A stretch of 32,000 nucleotides of DNA from Pyrobaculum calidifontis JCM 11548 (lineage in GTDB: Archaea; Thermoproteota; Thermoprotei; Thermoproteales; Thermoproteaceae): positions 120,001 through 152,000 of the forward strand of contig NC_009073.1 of NCBI RefSeq assembly GCF_000015805.1, written 5' to 3'. Positions within the stretch are counted from its first letter, which is position 1. Each line of letters begins with the position of its first letter. Positions 1-8,170 of the stretch are shown in pieces. The notes beneath the pieces are model-generated. The model saw nothing but the letters and a program-made list of their open reading frames with translations. It was not told where the DNA came from and ran no database searches. The translations under genes and the position numbers were made by a program.

Positions 1-99
1 CCCGCAGTGTACCCGCCCGAGGGCGCTAACCTAATATACTTGAACTACACCAAGGAGCTCTTAGATGCAGTAGAGAGGATAAGGGCCGCTGTCAGATAA
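1..99 (+). CDS. 3' end of a CDS entering from upstream of the window; product not identifiable from 32 codons
   Basis: Frame 1 is open from base 1 to TAA 97-99 (...NLIYLNYTKELLDAVERIRAAVR*). No diagnostic motif is visible. Confidence 0.4.
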   Translation, partial: PAVYPPEGANLIYLNYTKELLDAVERIRAAVR

Positions 100-125
100 G
101 CGCTACGGAGGATTTTTTAAATTGG

Positions 126-299
126 ATGTACGGCGTGTTCGTGGCGTTGGTGTTGGAGGTGTTGGGTCCTCACGCCTACGGGCTTTGGAAATATGGCGTA
201 GGGCCCACCGACGACGTTGAGACAGCCATCGCCAAGCTGAGGGCCACAGCGCCGCACTTGGCCAAGTTCTTAAGCGAGGTGGCGCAGCGAAGGCTTTAA
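126..299 (+). CDS. possible small protein (57 aa from ATG 126, 52 aa from in-frame GTG 141), no recognisable family
   Basis: Below the track cutoff, translated by hand: MYGVFVALVLEVLGPHAYGLWKYGVGPTDDVETAIAKLRATAPHLAKFLSEVAQRRL*. A TTTTTTAAATT box at 113-123 is centred about 23 nt upstream of GTG 141. The antisense 66-aa track ORF (103..303) is Pro/Arg/Thr-rich and looks spurious. Confidence 0.25.
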   Translation: MYGVFVALVLEVLGPHAYGLWKYGVGPTDDVETAIAKLRATAPHLAKFLSEVAQRRL

Positions 300-301
300 A
301 C
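295..301 (+). promoter_or_regulatory. TATA-like box for moaB (leaderless geometry)
   Basis: TTTAAAC centred about 23 nt upstream of ATG 321. Confidence 0.45.
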
Positions 302-320
302 AAGCTTTTTTCTCTCTTGC

Positions 321-842
321 ATGTCTCACGAGCTTCACAGAGCTCAGGGGCCTAAAAGCGCTAGGTTTTATGTCGTCACGGTCAGCACGTCGCGTTTTCA
401 AGAGAAGGTGCGGGGCGGCTCTCCTAGGGACGAGTCGGGGGACGTGGCCGTTGAGATGATAACCTCAGCGGGCCACGCGGTGGTTGGACGCGACCTGCTC
501 CCCGACGACGTGACGGCGATTAGGAAGAAGGCGTTTGAGCTCATGGCGAGAGACGACGTAGACATCGTGGTGTTCACCGGCGGCACAGGTTTGACGAAGA
601 GCGACGTGACCATCGAGGCGTTGAGGCCCCTCTTCGAGAAAGAGATAGAGGGCTTCGGCGATGTCTTCCGCTTCTACAGCATACAAGAGGTAGGCACAGC
701 GGCATTTTTAACGAGGGCCACGGCCGGCGTTGTAAAAGGCAAAGTGTTCGTCCTCCTCCCCGGCTCTCCCAACGCCGTCAAGACTGGCTTGAGGATACTG
801 CTGGGGGAGGTCTCCCACCTCCTCTACCTAGTGAGGCAGTGA
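321..842 (+). CDS. moaB: molybdenum cofactor biosynthesis protein B (MoaB/MogA fold)
   Basis: 173 aa. Has the family motifs VVFTGGTGLTKSDVT and LLPGSPNAV. Length is typical of archaeal MoaB. Confidence 0.85.
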   Translation: MSHELHRAQGPKSARFYVVTVSTSRFQEKVRGGSPRDESGDVAVEMITSAGHAVVGRDLLPDDVTAIRKKAFELMARDDVDIVVFTGGTGLTKSDVTIEALRPLFEKEIEGFGDVFRFYSIQEVGTAAFLTRATAGVVKGKVFVLLPGSPNAVKTGLRILLGEVSHLLYLVRQ

Positions 843-1369
843 AGCAGATAGCTGTAGCCATCCACAGCGGCCGCGTAGAGGGGCTGGGCGAAAAGGCCGC
901 AAAGTTCGTAGACGCCCTCGCCGAGGCGTGTCCAGACGCCGTACTGCTCGTCGGAGGATACTGGGGCCATATGGTAGACGTGGTAGACGCGGCGCTGAGG
1001 AGGGGGCTTAGGGTGGTGGTCTTCCTGCCCATGGAGAGGGAAGACGTGGCGCTCCCAAAGGGCGTAATAGTGGTTAGGACGGGTTGCGAGTTCCGGTGTA
1101 GGTCGGTTCAAATGGTGAGGTCTGCCGACGCGGTGGCAGTCCTCGGCGGCGGCGTTGGGACCATGATTGAGGCGCTCATGGCTTACGCCATGGGCAAGCC
1201 GCTCTTTGTCCTCGTCGGCACTGGCGCTTACAGCGATAGGTTGCGGGAGGCCTACCCGCGGCACTTCGACGAGAGAAAGGCCGTGGACGTGGTGTACGTA
1301 GAGAGCCCAGAGGAGCTGGCCCGGGCGGTCTGCGCGGCGGGGCCCGGCGTGGCGGCGAAATTTGGCTAA
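839..1369 (+). CDS. LOG/TIGR00725-like Rossmann-fold protein (lysine-decarboxylase-like family), function unknown
   Basis: 176 aa. GGGVGTMIEALMA resembles the PGGxGTxxE motif of the LOG family, preceded by LLVGGYWGHM. The GTG start overlaps the moaB stop (GTGA at 839-842). Confidence 0.6.
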   Translation: MKQIAVAIHSGRVEGLGEKAAKFVDALAEACPDAVLLVGGYWGHMVDVVDAALRRGLRVVVFLPMEREDVALPKGVIVVRTGCEFRCRSVQMVRSADAVAVLGGGVGTMIEALMAYAMGKPLFVLVGTGAYSDRLREAYPRHFDERKAVDVVYVESPEELARAVCAAGPGVAAKFG

Positions 1370-2007
1370 ACGCCGCCGTGAGCCATGGCGAAGGCGATAA
1401 AGTTCTGTGTAAAATGTATCAACACGGAGGAGATTAGACCGTGTTTGTGGTATGCGTAAGCCAGCGCGAGGGAGATGACGAAGATGGGGAGGGCGCCGAG
1501 CCCTGGGCTGTGGAGCACTGCGAATAGCGCCGAGGACACGAGGTAGGCCGCGACTGTGCCGACCTTTCTTTTCACTTCCTCAAAGAGCATGCCGCGGAAG
1601 AGGGTCTCTTCCACCAGCGGTGCAAGGATAAGGGCTTGCGCTCCGACTGCAACAGTCCCGAGGGGACATGTGGCAGCTCTTGCGAAGAACTCGGCTTGTG
1701 CCCTCTGTAGCCGCTGGAATTCGGCCCCTATCGGCGGTATTGCGGCGATTAGTCCCGCGGCTATGAGGGCTAAGAAGTAAGCGGCGAAAGCAAGCGGGAA
1801 AGCTCTGCTTAACCTCCATTGGGTGAGTAGTCCAGCGGGAAGGAACGCGGCGTAGATCACTGCGCCTATGTAGAGGCCTAGGCAGATCGGCGGCTTGGCA
1901 AAGTACATGGCGAAGACGGCCGCCGTGAAGGCCAGCGGGATTGCCCACCGCAGTCGTAATACTTGGCTAACTCTTGCATCGTTTTTTAAGGTGGACACTA
2001 GTGGCAT
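1366..2007 (-). CDS. CPBP family intramembrane glutamic endopeptidase (CAAX protease/Abi-like)
   Basis: 213 aa, multi-pass hydrophobic. All three CPBP motifs are present in order: EETLFRG (EExxxR), FAVLH (FxxxH) and HFTQN (HxxxN). Confidence 0.8.
   Translation of the reverse strand: MPLVSTLKNDARVSQVLRLRWAIPLAFTAAVFAMYFAKPPICLGLYIGAVIYAAFLPAGLLTQWRLSRAFPLAFAAYFLALIAAGLIAAIPPIGAEFQRLQRAQAEFFARAATCPLGTVAVGAQALILAPLVEETLFRGMLFEEVKRKVGTVAAYLVSSALFAVLHSPGLGALPIFVISLALAYAYHKHGLISSVLIHFTQNFIAFAMAHGGV
1982..1990 (+). promoter_or_regulatory. TATA-like box for the Gins23-like gene, embedded in the first codons of the divergent CPBP gene
   Basis: TTTTTTAAG centred about 22 nt upstream of GTG 2008. Confidence 0.4.
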
Positions 2008-2505
2008 GTGTACCAGGGCATTTTAAACGATTATAGAGTGCGCGTGGTGTTTAAAAAGGACGTCGCTCTGCCCCTCCTCGGCGTCTCCTACAAGGCTAAC
2101 ACAGAGGCAGACCTGCCCCTCTACCTGGCCCTCAGCTTGGAGGAGGTGGGCGCGGTGGAGATCGACGAGGGGAGCCTAATCGCGCCTAAGGACGTGACGA
2201 CGTATAAGTACATGGAGCAGAGGGAGACCTACCCCGTCCAGTTGCCCGAGGGGTTCTACGCCAGAGTGAAGCTCACTGTCCACGTGTTAAACAAGAGGGG
2301 GGACTCCAAGGGCGCGCGCGCCGTGGCGCAGGACCTGCGGGAGCTCCTCATTGAACGTGTCCGGAAGATAGCGGTTTTAGTGGCCACGAAGCCCGACGTA
2401 GTAAGCGACCAAGGCTTCTTAGAGAGGCTGACGCCCGAGGAGAAGGCCTTGTTGAACTCGATGTACGTCTCTATCTCCTCCTTTATCGCCGCAGTGATGC
2501 CATAG
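2008..2505 (+). CDS. GINS complex subunit, Gins23-like (B-domain then A-domain order)
   Basis: 165 aa. The N-terminal beta region with DLPLYLALSLEEVGAVEI resembles the PLWLA...L motif of Psf2/Psf3/Gins23. The helical C-terminal half contains LTPEEKALL. Size matches crenarchaeal Gins23. The call rests on motif memory only. Confidence 0.5.
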   Translation: MYQGILNDYRVRVVFKKDVALPLLGVSYKANTEADLPLYLALSLEEVGAVEIDEGSLIAPKDVTTYKYMEQRETYPVQLPEGFYARVKLTVHVLNKRGDSKGARAVAQDLRELLIERVRKIAVLVATKPDVVSDQGFLERLTPEEKALLNSMYVSISSFIAAVMP

Positions 2506-3064
2506 CTCTCTCAATAATCGCCACCACGTCTTTCGCCACCTCGCCCGCCGGCCTCCCGGCGTCTATCACGGGGTAGCCCTCTGCGCGGGCCCTCGTAAGG
2601 TAGATCTCTCGCACGCGTCTGAGGAACTCCACGTCTTCAAATTTCTCAAGTCTCTCCCTCGCCTTGATCCTCTTTATAGCCTCCGCCGGGTCCACGTCGA
2701 GGATTATAGTGAGGTGGGGCCTGGGCACTACGGAGTTTATGTACAGTATATACTCGATGGGCACCCCCGCCGCCCCTTGGTACGCGATGGAGGATTCTAC
2801 ATATCTCTCGGTTATGACTATATACCCCTCCCTCAGCTTGGGCTCAATCTCCCTCTTGTAGTGCTCAACTCGGTCTGCTGCGAAGAGTAGCGCATCGACG
2901 TGGGGATCCGCCGTGCCCCCCCTCAGCGCCCACTCCTTCAGCAACCTCCCAATGGGCCCGCCGCTGGGCTCCCTCGTGACGTAGACACGGGGCAGAGCCT
3001 TGGCCACCTCCGCTATCACCGTCGTTTTTCCACTGCCGTCTATCCCTTCTACTGCGATGAACAC
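2483..3064 (-). CDS. tmk: thymidylate (dTMP) kinase
   Basis: 193 aa. Has the P-loop FIAVEGIDGSGKTT, then TREP and ERYVESSIAYQGA. Its 3' end overlaps the Gins23-like 3' end by 23 nt (convergent). Confidence 0.9.
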   Translation of the reverse strand: MFIAVEGIDGSGKTTVIAEVAKALPRVYVTREPSGGPIGRLLKEWALRGGTADPHVDALLFAADRVEHYKREIEPKLREGYIVITERYVESSIAYQGAAGVPIEYILYINSVVPRPHLTIILDVDPAEAIKRIKARERLEKFEDVEFLRRVREIYLTRARAEGYPVIDAGRPAGEVAKDVVAIIERAMASLRR

Positions 3065-3080
3065 GTGCCCTCTCTGCGGG

Positions 3081-3090
3081 CTTTAAAAAT
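3081..3090 (-). promoter_or_regulatory. TATA-like box for tmk
   Basis: Minus strand reads ATTTTTAAAG, centred about 22 nt upstream of ATG 3064. Confidence 0.45.
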
Positions 3091-3092
3091 CT

Positions 3093-4547
3093 CTACTGTT
3101 TCCCGCTCTGTAGGTACAGGAGTATGCCTCTAGCCGCTAAGACGCCCGTGGCGGCGGCCACGTTTATGCCCCGGGACAGCCCCGCGCCGTCTCCGGCGAC
3201 GAATAGGCCGGGCACCGTGGTCATTAAGTTCTTGTCGACGGTGGGCCTGGCGGAGTAGTACTTAATCTCGGGAGCGTAGATCAAGGTCTGCGGGCTCGCC
3301 ACGCCGGGGGCCAGCTCGTCCAGCTTCTTCAGCCCCTCAATTATGTCCTCCACTATGCGGTGGGGGAGGGCCAGGGATATGTCGCCGGGCGTCACGTCCT
3401 TCAGCGTGGGAGAGATGCTGGAGCGCCTAATTCTATCCCAAGTGGAGCGCTGGCCCCGCTCTAGGTCGTATAGGCGCTGGATGAGCGGCTTGCCGCCCCC
3501 CAGCTTAGTGGCAAGTCTCGCGATGGACTTCCCAAACTCTATCGTGTCCTCCATTGGGTCTGTGAGACGCAGAGTGACGAGGAATGCGAAGTTCGTGTTC
3601 TCGCTCTTCCGCTCGAGGTACGTCTCGCCGTTGACACCCACCGTCCCGTCTGAGTAAACCTCTTTCACCACGAAGCCGCGGGGGTTTGTACAGAAGGTCC
3701 TCACCTTGTCGTCGTACTTAGATGTGTAGAGAATCACCTTGGGGTCGTGCACGGCGTCTGTAAGCGGCTTCATGACGTGGTAAGGCACCTCCACTCTCAC
3801 CCCAATGTCTATGGGGCCGAAGTCCAGCGAGGCCCCCAGCCTCTTGAGCTGGGCGACGAGCCACTCCGCCCCGCCCCTGCCCGGGGCCAGGAGGACGGCC
3901 CTCGCGTTTAAGACCCCTCTCGTCGTCTTGACGGTGAACAAGCCGTTGCCCCCCTTCTCCACCTCCAGAGCCCACGTGGCGTACATCACCGCGACGCCGG
4001 CCCCCTCGAGAAACTTAGTCATGTTCTCCACCACGGCCCTGGCGCCATCGGTGCCCATGTGCCTCTGGCGAATGGGGACAATTCTGGCGTTTACCCTGGC
4101 CGCAATGGCGGAGAGCTTGCCAATCAACTCCATCTGAGGCTCGTACACCTTGTCTGGTGCGCCGAATTCTACAAAGGTCTTGTCCACGTAGTTTATTAAC
4201 TCCATGGCCTTGTCCCAGTCGCCAACCAGCTCGTGGAGGTCTCCCCCCACGTCTGGCCTCAGGTTTATCAAGCCGGAGCTGAGAGTCCCCGCGCCCCCTA
4301 TCCCGTACATGATGTGGCAGGGGACGCAGAAGGTGCACTTCTCAAGGGGGGTCTGGAGGGGGCAGTGCCTCTGCGAGGCCCTATACCCGCCGTCGACGAG
4401 AGCCACGCGCAACCCCCCAGCCTTAGCCAGCTCCAACGCCGCGAAGAGGCCGGCGGGCCCCGCCCCGACGATTACCACGTCGTAGTCCCCCACGTACCTC
4501 TCAAGCGCCCTGAGGCGGGACAAATAAGACGTGACCACCTTTACCAC
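3093..4547 (-). CDS. FAD-dependent dehydrogenase of unknown substrate (COG2509-like)
   Basis: 484 aa. Has an N-terminal dinucleotide fold, [19 protein letters not shown], and a C-terminal [10 protein letters not shown] motif. Starts with GTG; an in-frame GTG at 4538 is an alternative start. Confidence 0.75.
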   Translation of the reverse strand: MVKVVTSYLSRLRALERYVGDYDVVIVGAGPAGLFAALELAKAGGLRVALVDGGYRASQRHCPLQTPLEKCTFCVPCHIMYGIGGAGTLSSGLINLRPDVGGDLHELVGDWDKAMELINYVDKTFVEFGAPDKVYEPQMELIGKLSAIAARVNARIVPIRQRHMGTDGARAVVENMTKFLEGAGVAVMYATWALEVEKGGNGLFTVKTTRGVLNARAVLLAPGRGGAEWLVAQLKRLGASLDFGPIDIGVRVEVPYHVMKPLTDAVHDPKVILYTSKYDDKVRTFCTNPRGFVVKEVYSDGTVGVNGETYLERKSENTNFAFLVTLRLTDPMEDTIEFGKSIARLATKLGGGKPLIQRLYDLERGQRSTWDRIRRSSISPTLKDVTPGDISLALPHRIVEDIIEGLKKLDELAPGVASPQTLIYAPEIKYYSARPTVDKNLMTTVPGLFVAGDGAGLSRGINVAAATGVLAARGILLYLQSGKQ

Positions 4548-4622
4548 TCGTTCTACGTAGTTTAAAAATGATCACTTGTACAAAGTACGAGAACCCACGC
4601 CTCCGGCTCGGGCCCAGTTAAG

Positions 4623-4636
4623 TAAATACATATATT
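4623..4636 (+). promoter_or_regulatory. TATA-like box for purA
   Basis: TAAATACATATATT centred about 25 nt upstream of GTG 4656. Confidence 0.45.
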
Positions 4637-4655
4637 CAGCCGATCTAGCGGCAAA

Positions 4656-5660
4656 GTGTTAACGGTGGTCGTCGACGGGTTTTTCGGCGATACGGGCAAG
4701 GGGAAGGTAGTGGCGTACCTCGCCTTGGCCGACAAGCCGGAGCTATGCGTCAGGACGGGTGCGCCTAATGCGGGCCACACGGTCGTCATCGGCGGCGAGG
4801 TGCATGTACTGCGGACGTTGCCCACCTGCTTTGTAAATCCCACGTCTAAGTTGGCAGTGGCGCCTGGCGCCTTGATAAAAGTGGACGTGTTTCTGTCGGA
4901 GGTTGAGAGGTATGGGAAGGGCAAGTCCTACGTCGACTTCAACACGGGCGTAATTGAGGACCGCCACGTGGAGGCCGAGAGGAGGGACGAGTTTCTGATG
5001 AAGACTGTGGGATCCACGGGGCAGGGCGTCGGCGCCGCCATGGTGGACCGGGTCCTGCGCCGCCTCCGGCTGGCAAAGGACGTGGAAGAGCTGAGGCCCT
5101 ACCTCGCCGACGTGCCGTCTATGATTCACGAAGCGAGGGAGCGGGGGGTAGTGATAGAGGGCACCCAGGGCACCTTCCTAAGCCTCTACCACGGCACGTA
5201 CCCCTACGTGACTAGCAGAGACGTGACGGCGAGCGGCGTCTTAAGTGAGGCGGGGGTGGGGCCCAAGGCCGTGGACGAGGTGGTGCTGGTCTTCAAGGCG
5301 TACGTCACGAGAGTGGGCGGGGGGCCGCTCCCCGGCGAGCTCCCGCCGGAAGAGGCCGAGAGGCGCGGGTGGGTGGAGAGGGGCGCTGTGACTGGGAGGC
5401 CTAGGCGGGCCGCGCCGTTTAACTTCGAACTGGCCAAGCGCGCCGTCCTCTTAAACACGCCGACTCAAATCGCGCTGACTAAGGTGGACGCGTTGTTCAA
5501 AGACGCGGCAGGGAAGACCAGGTGGCAAGACCTGCCTCCAGAGGCCAGGCGGTGGGTAGAAGAGGTGGAGGAGAGGCTGGGGGTTCCAGTCACGCTCATT
5601 GGCACTGGGCCTGAGCCTTGGCACATGGTGGACTTAAGGCGCGAGAAGGGGCGGCTGTGA
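4656..5660 (+). CDS. purA: adenylosuccinate synthetase (short archaeal form)
   Basis: 334 aa. Motifs: GDTGKGKVV (P-loop variant of GDEGKGK), GSTGQGVG and TKVD. Confidence 0.9.
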   Translation: MLTVVVDGFFGDTGKGKVVAYLALADKPELCVRTGAPNAGHTVVIGGEVHVLRTLPTCFVNPTSKLAVAPGALIKVDVFLSEVERYGKGKSYVDFNTGVIEDRHVEAERRDEFLMKTVGSTGQGVGAAMVDRVLRRLRLAKDVEELRPYLADVPSMIHEARERGVVIEGTQGTFLSLYHGTYPYVTSRDVTASGVLSEAGVGPKAVDEVVLVFKAYVTRVGGGPLPGELPPEEAERRGWVERGAVTGRPRRAAPFNFELAKRAVLLNTPTQIALTKVDALFKDAAGKTRWQDLPPEARRWVEEVEERLGVPVTLIGTGPEPWHMVDLRREKGRL

Positions 5661-6883
5661 AGCCGTCTCTCATCTCCCCCTTCGACTGGCGCTACGGCTC
5701 AGAGGAGGTCCGCGCCTTGTTCACGCCGCAGGCCTTTATAGACGCATACGTCGAAGTGGAGCGGGCGCTGGTCTGCGCGCTGGAGGAACTGGGCGTGGCC
5801 GAGAGGGGCTGTTGCGAGGCGGTGGGCAAGGCGTCTGTGTCAGCGGAGGAGGTCTACGAGTTGGAGAAGAAGACGGGCCACGACGTGTTGAGTCTCGTCT
5901 TGCTCCTCGAGGAGAAGAGCGGCTGCCGCTTTGTCCACTTCGGCGCCACTTCCAACGACGTGATAGACACGGCGTGGGCACTCCTTGTGAGGCGCGCGCT
6001 GGGGCACATAAAGAGGAAGGTTAACGCAGTCGGCGGAGAACTTGCCTCCCTCGCCGCGCGGTATAGGCGGCTGGAGATGGTGGGGAGGACCCACGGCCAG
6101 TGGGCCGAGCCCATTACCCTCGGCTTCAAATTCGCCAACTACTACTACGAGCTACACATCGCCTGCCGCCTCCTCGCCCTGGCGGAGGACTTAATGAGGG
6201 CCAAGCTGGGAGGCGCAGTTGGGACAATGGCCGCCTGGGGGGAGCTGGGACCCGCGGTGAGGGAGAGAGTGGCCCAGCGGCTCGGCCTGCCCTACCACCC
6301 CATCTCGACTCAAGTAGCGCCCAGGGAGACATTCGCCGTGTTGGCCTCTGCGCTGGCCGTGCTATCCTCGGTGTTTGAGAGACTGGCCGTGGAGGTGAGG
6401 GAGCTCTCTAGGCCGGAGATAGGCGAGGTGGTGGAGCGCGGCGGGGGGTCAAGCGCCATGCCCCACAAGGCCAACCCGACGACCTCTGAGAGGATAGTCA
6501 GCCTAGCCCGCTACGTCCGAAGCCTCGTCTCCGTAGCGCTTGAAAACGTGGCTCTGTGGCACGAGCGGGACCTCACAAACTCGGCAAATGAACGCGTGTG
6601 GATACCCCAGGCCATTTTAGCCGTAGACGAAATCCTGGACTCCGCCGCCCGCCTGCTAAAGTCTATCCACGTAGACGAGGGGAGGATTAGGGAAAACCTA
6701 GAGAAGGCCTTGCCGTACATCCTCACCGAGTTCCACATGAACCGGATGATCAAGGAGGGGCTCCCCCGCGCAGAGGCCTACAAAAGGGCCCGCGAGGTGA
6801 GGGCAATAACCTTCGACTACCAAAAGTGGCCCATCGACAAGCTCATCGACAACGCGCTTTCGCTGCCCCTGTGCCAGCAGTAG
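5657..6883 (+). CDS. purB: adenylosuccinate lyase
   Basis: Fumarate-lyase signature GGGSSAMPHKANP, plus PFDWRYGS near the N-terminus. I place the start at GTG 5657, which overlaps the purA stop (GTGA 5657-5660). The track start at 5618 would add 13 residues inside purA. Confidence 0.9.
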   Translation: MKPSLISPFDWRYGSEEVRALFTPQAFIDAYVEVERALVCALEELGVAERGCCEAVGKASVSAEEVYELEKKTGHDVLSLVLLLEEKSGCRFVHFGATSNDVIDTAWALLVRRALGHIKRKVNAVGGELASLAARYRRLEMVGRTHGQWAEPITLGFKFANYYYELHIACRLLALAEDLMRAKLGGAVGTMAAWGELGPAVRERVAQRLGLPYHPISTQVAPRETFAVLASALAVLSSVFERLAVEVRELSRPEIGEVVERGGGSSAMPHKANPTTSERIVSLARYVRSLVSVALENVALWHERDLTNSANERVWIPQAILAVDEILDSAARLLKSIHVDEGRIRENLEKALPYILTEFHMNRMIKEGLPRAEAYKRAREVRAITFDYQKWPIDKLIDNALSLPLCQQ

Positions 6884-6970
6884 GCTGACGCAATTGTCAC
6901 GCCGCTTTCCTCCCGAGGGTTCACTGGCGAAAGGCGTCGTAGATAGTAGTACCCGGAGGCGCGCTTTCAG

Positions 6971-6980
6971 ATTTTTAAAT
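6971..6980 (+). promoter_or_regulatory. TATA-like box for hisH
   Basis: ATTTTTAAAT centred about 24 nt upstream of in-frame GTG 6999. Confidence 0.5.
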
Positions 6981-6998
6981 ATGCTATGGGTCGTAGCC

Positions 6999-7571
6999 GT
7001 GCGCATCGGCGTGGTGGACTACACGGTGGGAAACCTCGGCAGTCTCTTGGCCGCGTTGAAGAGGGCAGGCGCAGAGCCCGTGGTGGTAAACGAGCCTGAG
7101 GAGGCCAATAGAGTAGACGCTATCGTGTTGCCCGGCGTAGGCGCCTACGACGCCGCGGCGGCAAAGGCCAGAAGCTTTAAACGCGTAATAGAGTCTAAGC
7201 CGACGCTCGCGATATGTCTCGGCATGCAGTTGCTCTTCGAGGGTAGCGAAGAGGGCGCGGAGAGGGGCCTCGGGATATTCCCAGGGAGAGCCGAGAGAAT
7301 AAAAGCGGCCAAGGTTCCGCACATAGGCTGGAGCTACACCCGCGTGGTTAAGCAGTTGCCCTTCTTGGAGGAGAACTACTACTACTACCTCCACAGCTTC
7401 GGTGTCCCGTATGCCCCAGACGCGCGCTTTGTGGCATATGTGGAGCTCCAGCGCCCCTACGTCGCCGCGGTGTACAAAGAGCCGATACTCGGCGTGCAGT
7501 TCCACCCAGAGAGGAGCGGGAAGGCGGGGCTGGCGCTGTTGCGCAACCTCTTTGCCGCCTGGAGGAGGTAG
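6999..7571 (+). CDS. hisH: imidazole glycerol phosphate synthase, glutaminase subunit
   Basis: RIGVVDYTVGNLGSL is a typical HisH N-terminus. The catalytic Cys sits in LAICLGMQLL, and the His/Glu pair in VQFHPERS. The start is uncertain: GTG 6999 is favoured by TATA spacing, ATG 6981 is possible, and the track start 6894 is unlikely. Confidence 0.88.
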   Translation: MRIGVVDYTVGNLGSLLAALKRAGAEPVVVNEPEEANRVDAIVLPGVGAYDAAAAKARSFKRVIESKPTLAICLGMQLLFEGSEEGAERGLGIFPGRAERIKAAKVPHIGWSYTRVVKQLPFLEENYYYYLHSFGVPYAPDARFVAYVELQRPYVAAVYKEPILGVQFHPERSGKAGLALLRNLFAAWRR

Positions 7572-7576
7572 GCTGG

Positions 7577-7963
7577 CTAGGCGTCGCGGTTTAGGCGGAT
7601 TTTGAAAGAGGCGGGCGAGCTGAAGCAGCTCCTAGCCCCCGTGTGGCAGGCGGCCCCAATTTGAACGACTTTTAATACCACGGCGTCGCCGTCGCAGTCC
7701 GTCCGAAACTCTTTCACTATTTGGTAGTGTCCCGACGTCTCGCCCTTCAGCCAAATCCTCTTCCGCGACGTCGAGTAGTAGTGGGCGAGGCCCGTTGTGA
7801 GCGTCAGAACCACGGCTACCGGGTCCATGTGCCCAACCATGAGCACCTCCCCCGTCTCTACGTCCTGCACCACCGCAACCACTGTGCCCCCTATGTGGCG
7901 GTAGTTCAATGACTTTGCTATGCGCCACGCCTCCTCGGGCGTTGCCAGCGGCACCGCGTCCAC
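7577..7963 (-). CDS. hisI: phosphoribosyl-AMP cyclohydrolase
   Basis: 128 aa. Motifs: [16 protein letters not shown] and [12 protein letters not shown] start. Confidence 0.9.
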   Translation of the reverse strand: MDAVPLATPEEAWRIAKSLNYRHIGGTVVAVVQDVETGEVLMVGHMDPVAVVLTLTTGLAHYYSTSRKRIWLKGETSGHYQIVKEFRTDCDGDAVVLKVVQIGAACHTGARSCFSSPASFKIRLNRDA

Positions 7964-7982
7964 GTCGAGAGATGCGAGGGGC

Positions 7983-7990
7983 TATATAAA
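7983..7990 (-). promoter_or_regulatory. TATA box for hisI
   Basis: Minus strand reads TTTATATA, centred about 23 nt upstream of GTG 7963. Confidence 0.5.
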
Positions 7991-8170
7991 GGGCATGCCT
8001 TGACCAAGAGATAGGTGTCGGCGCCGTTGCGGATCTGCCACTTTTTGCGTGCCTATGTCCATAGGCCCTAAAGGGGTGGAAACTAGGCAACACGGATGCT
8101 TCAATGGCGTATCCGCTTCTATACTGCCCAACAGCACCGCCACCCTTATAAGGGAAGGCGGATTTCTCAG

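Noticed and set aside
1105-1113. GGTTCAAAT, a tRNA T-loop-like motif.
   Set aside because: It lies inside the well-supported LOG-like CDS. No acceptor or anticodon stem complementarity surrounds it.
7632-8093. 153-aa minus-strand ORF spanning hisI and its upstream spacer.
   Set aside because: It is in a different frame from the motif-bearing hisI ORF, is Arg/Gly-rich, and runs through the hisI TATA box.
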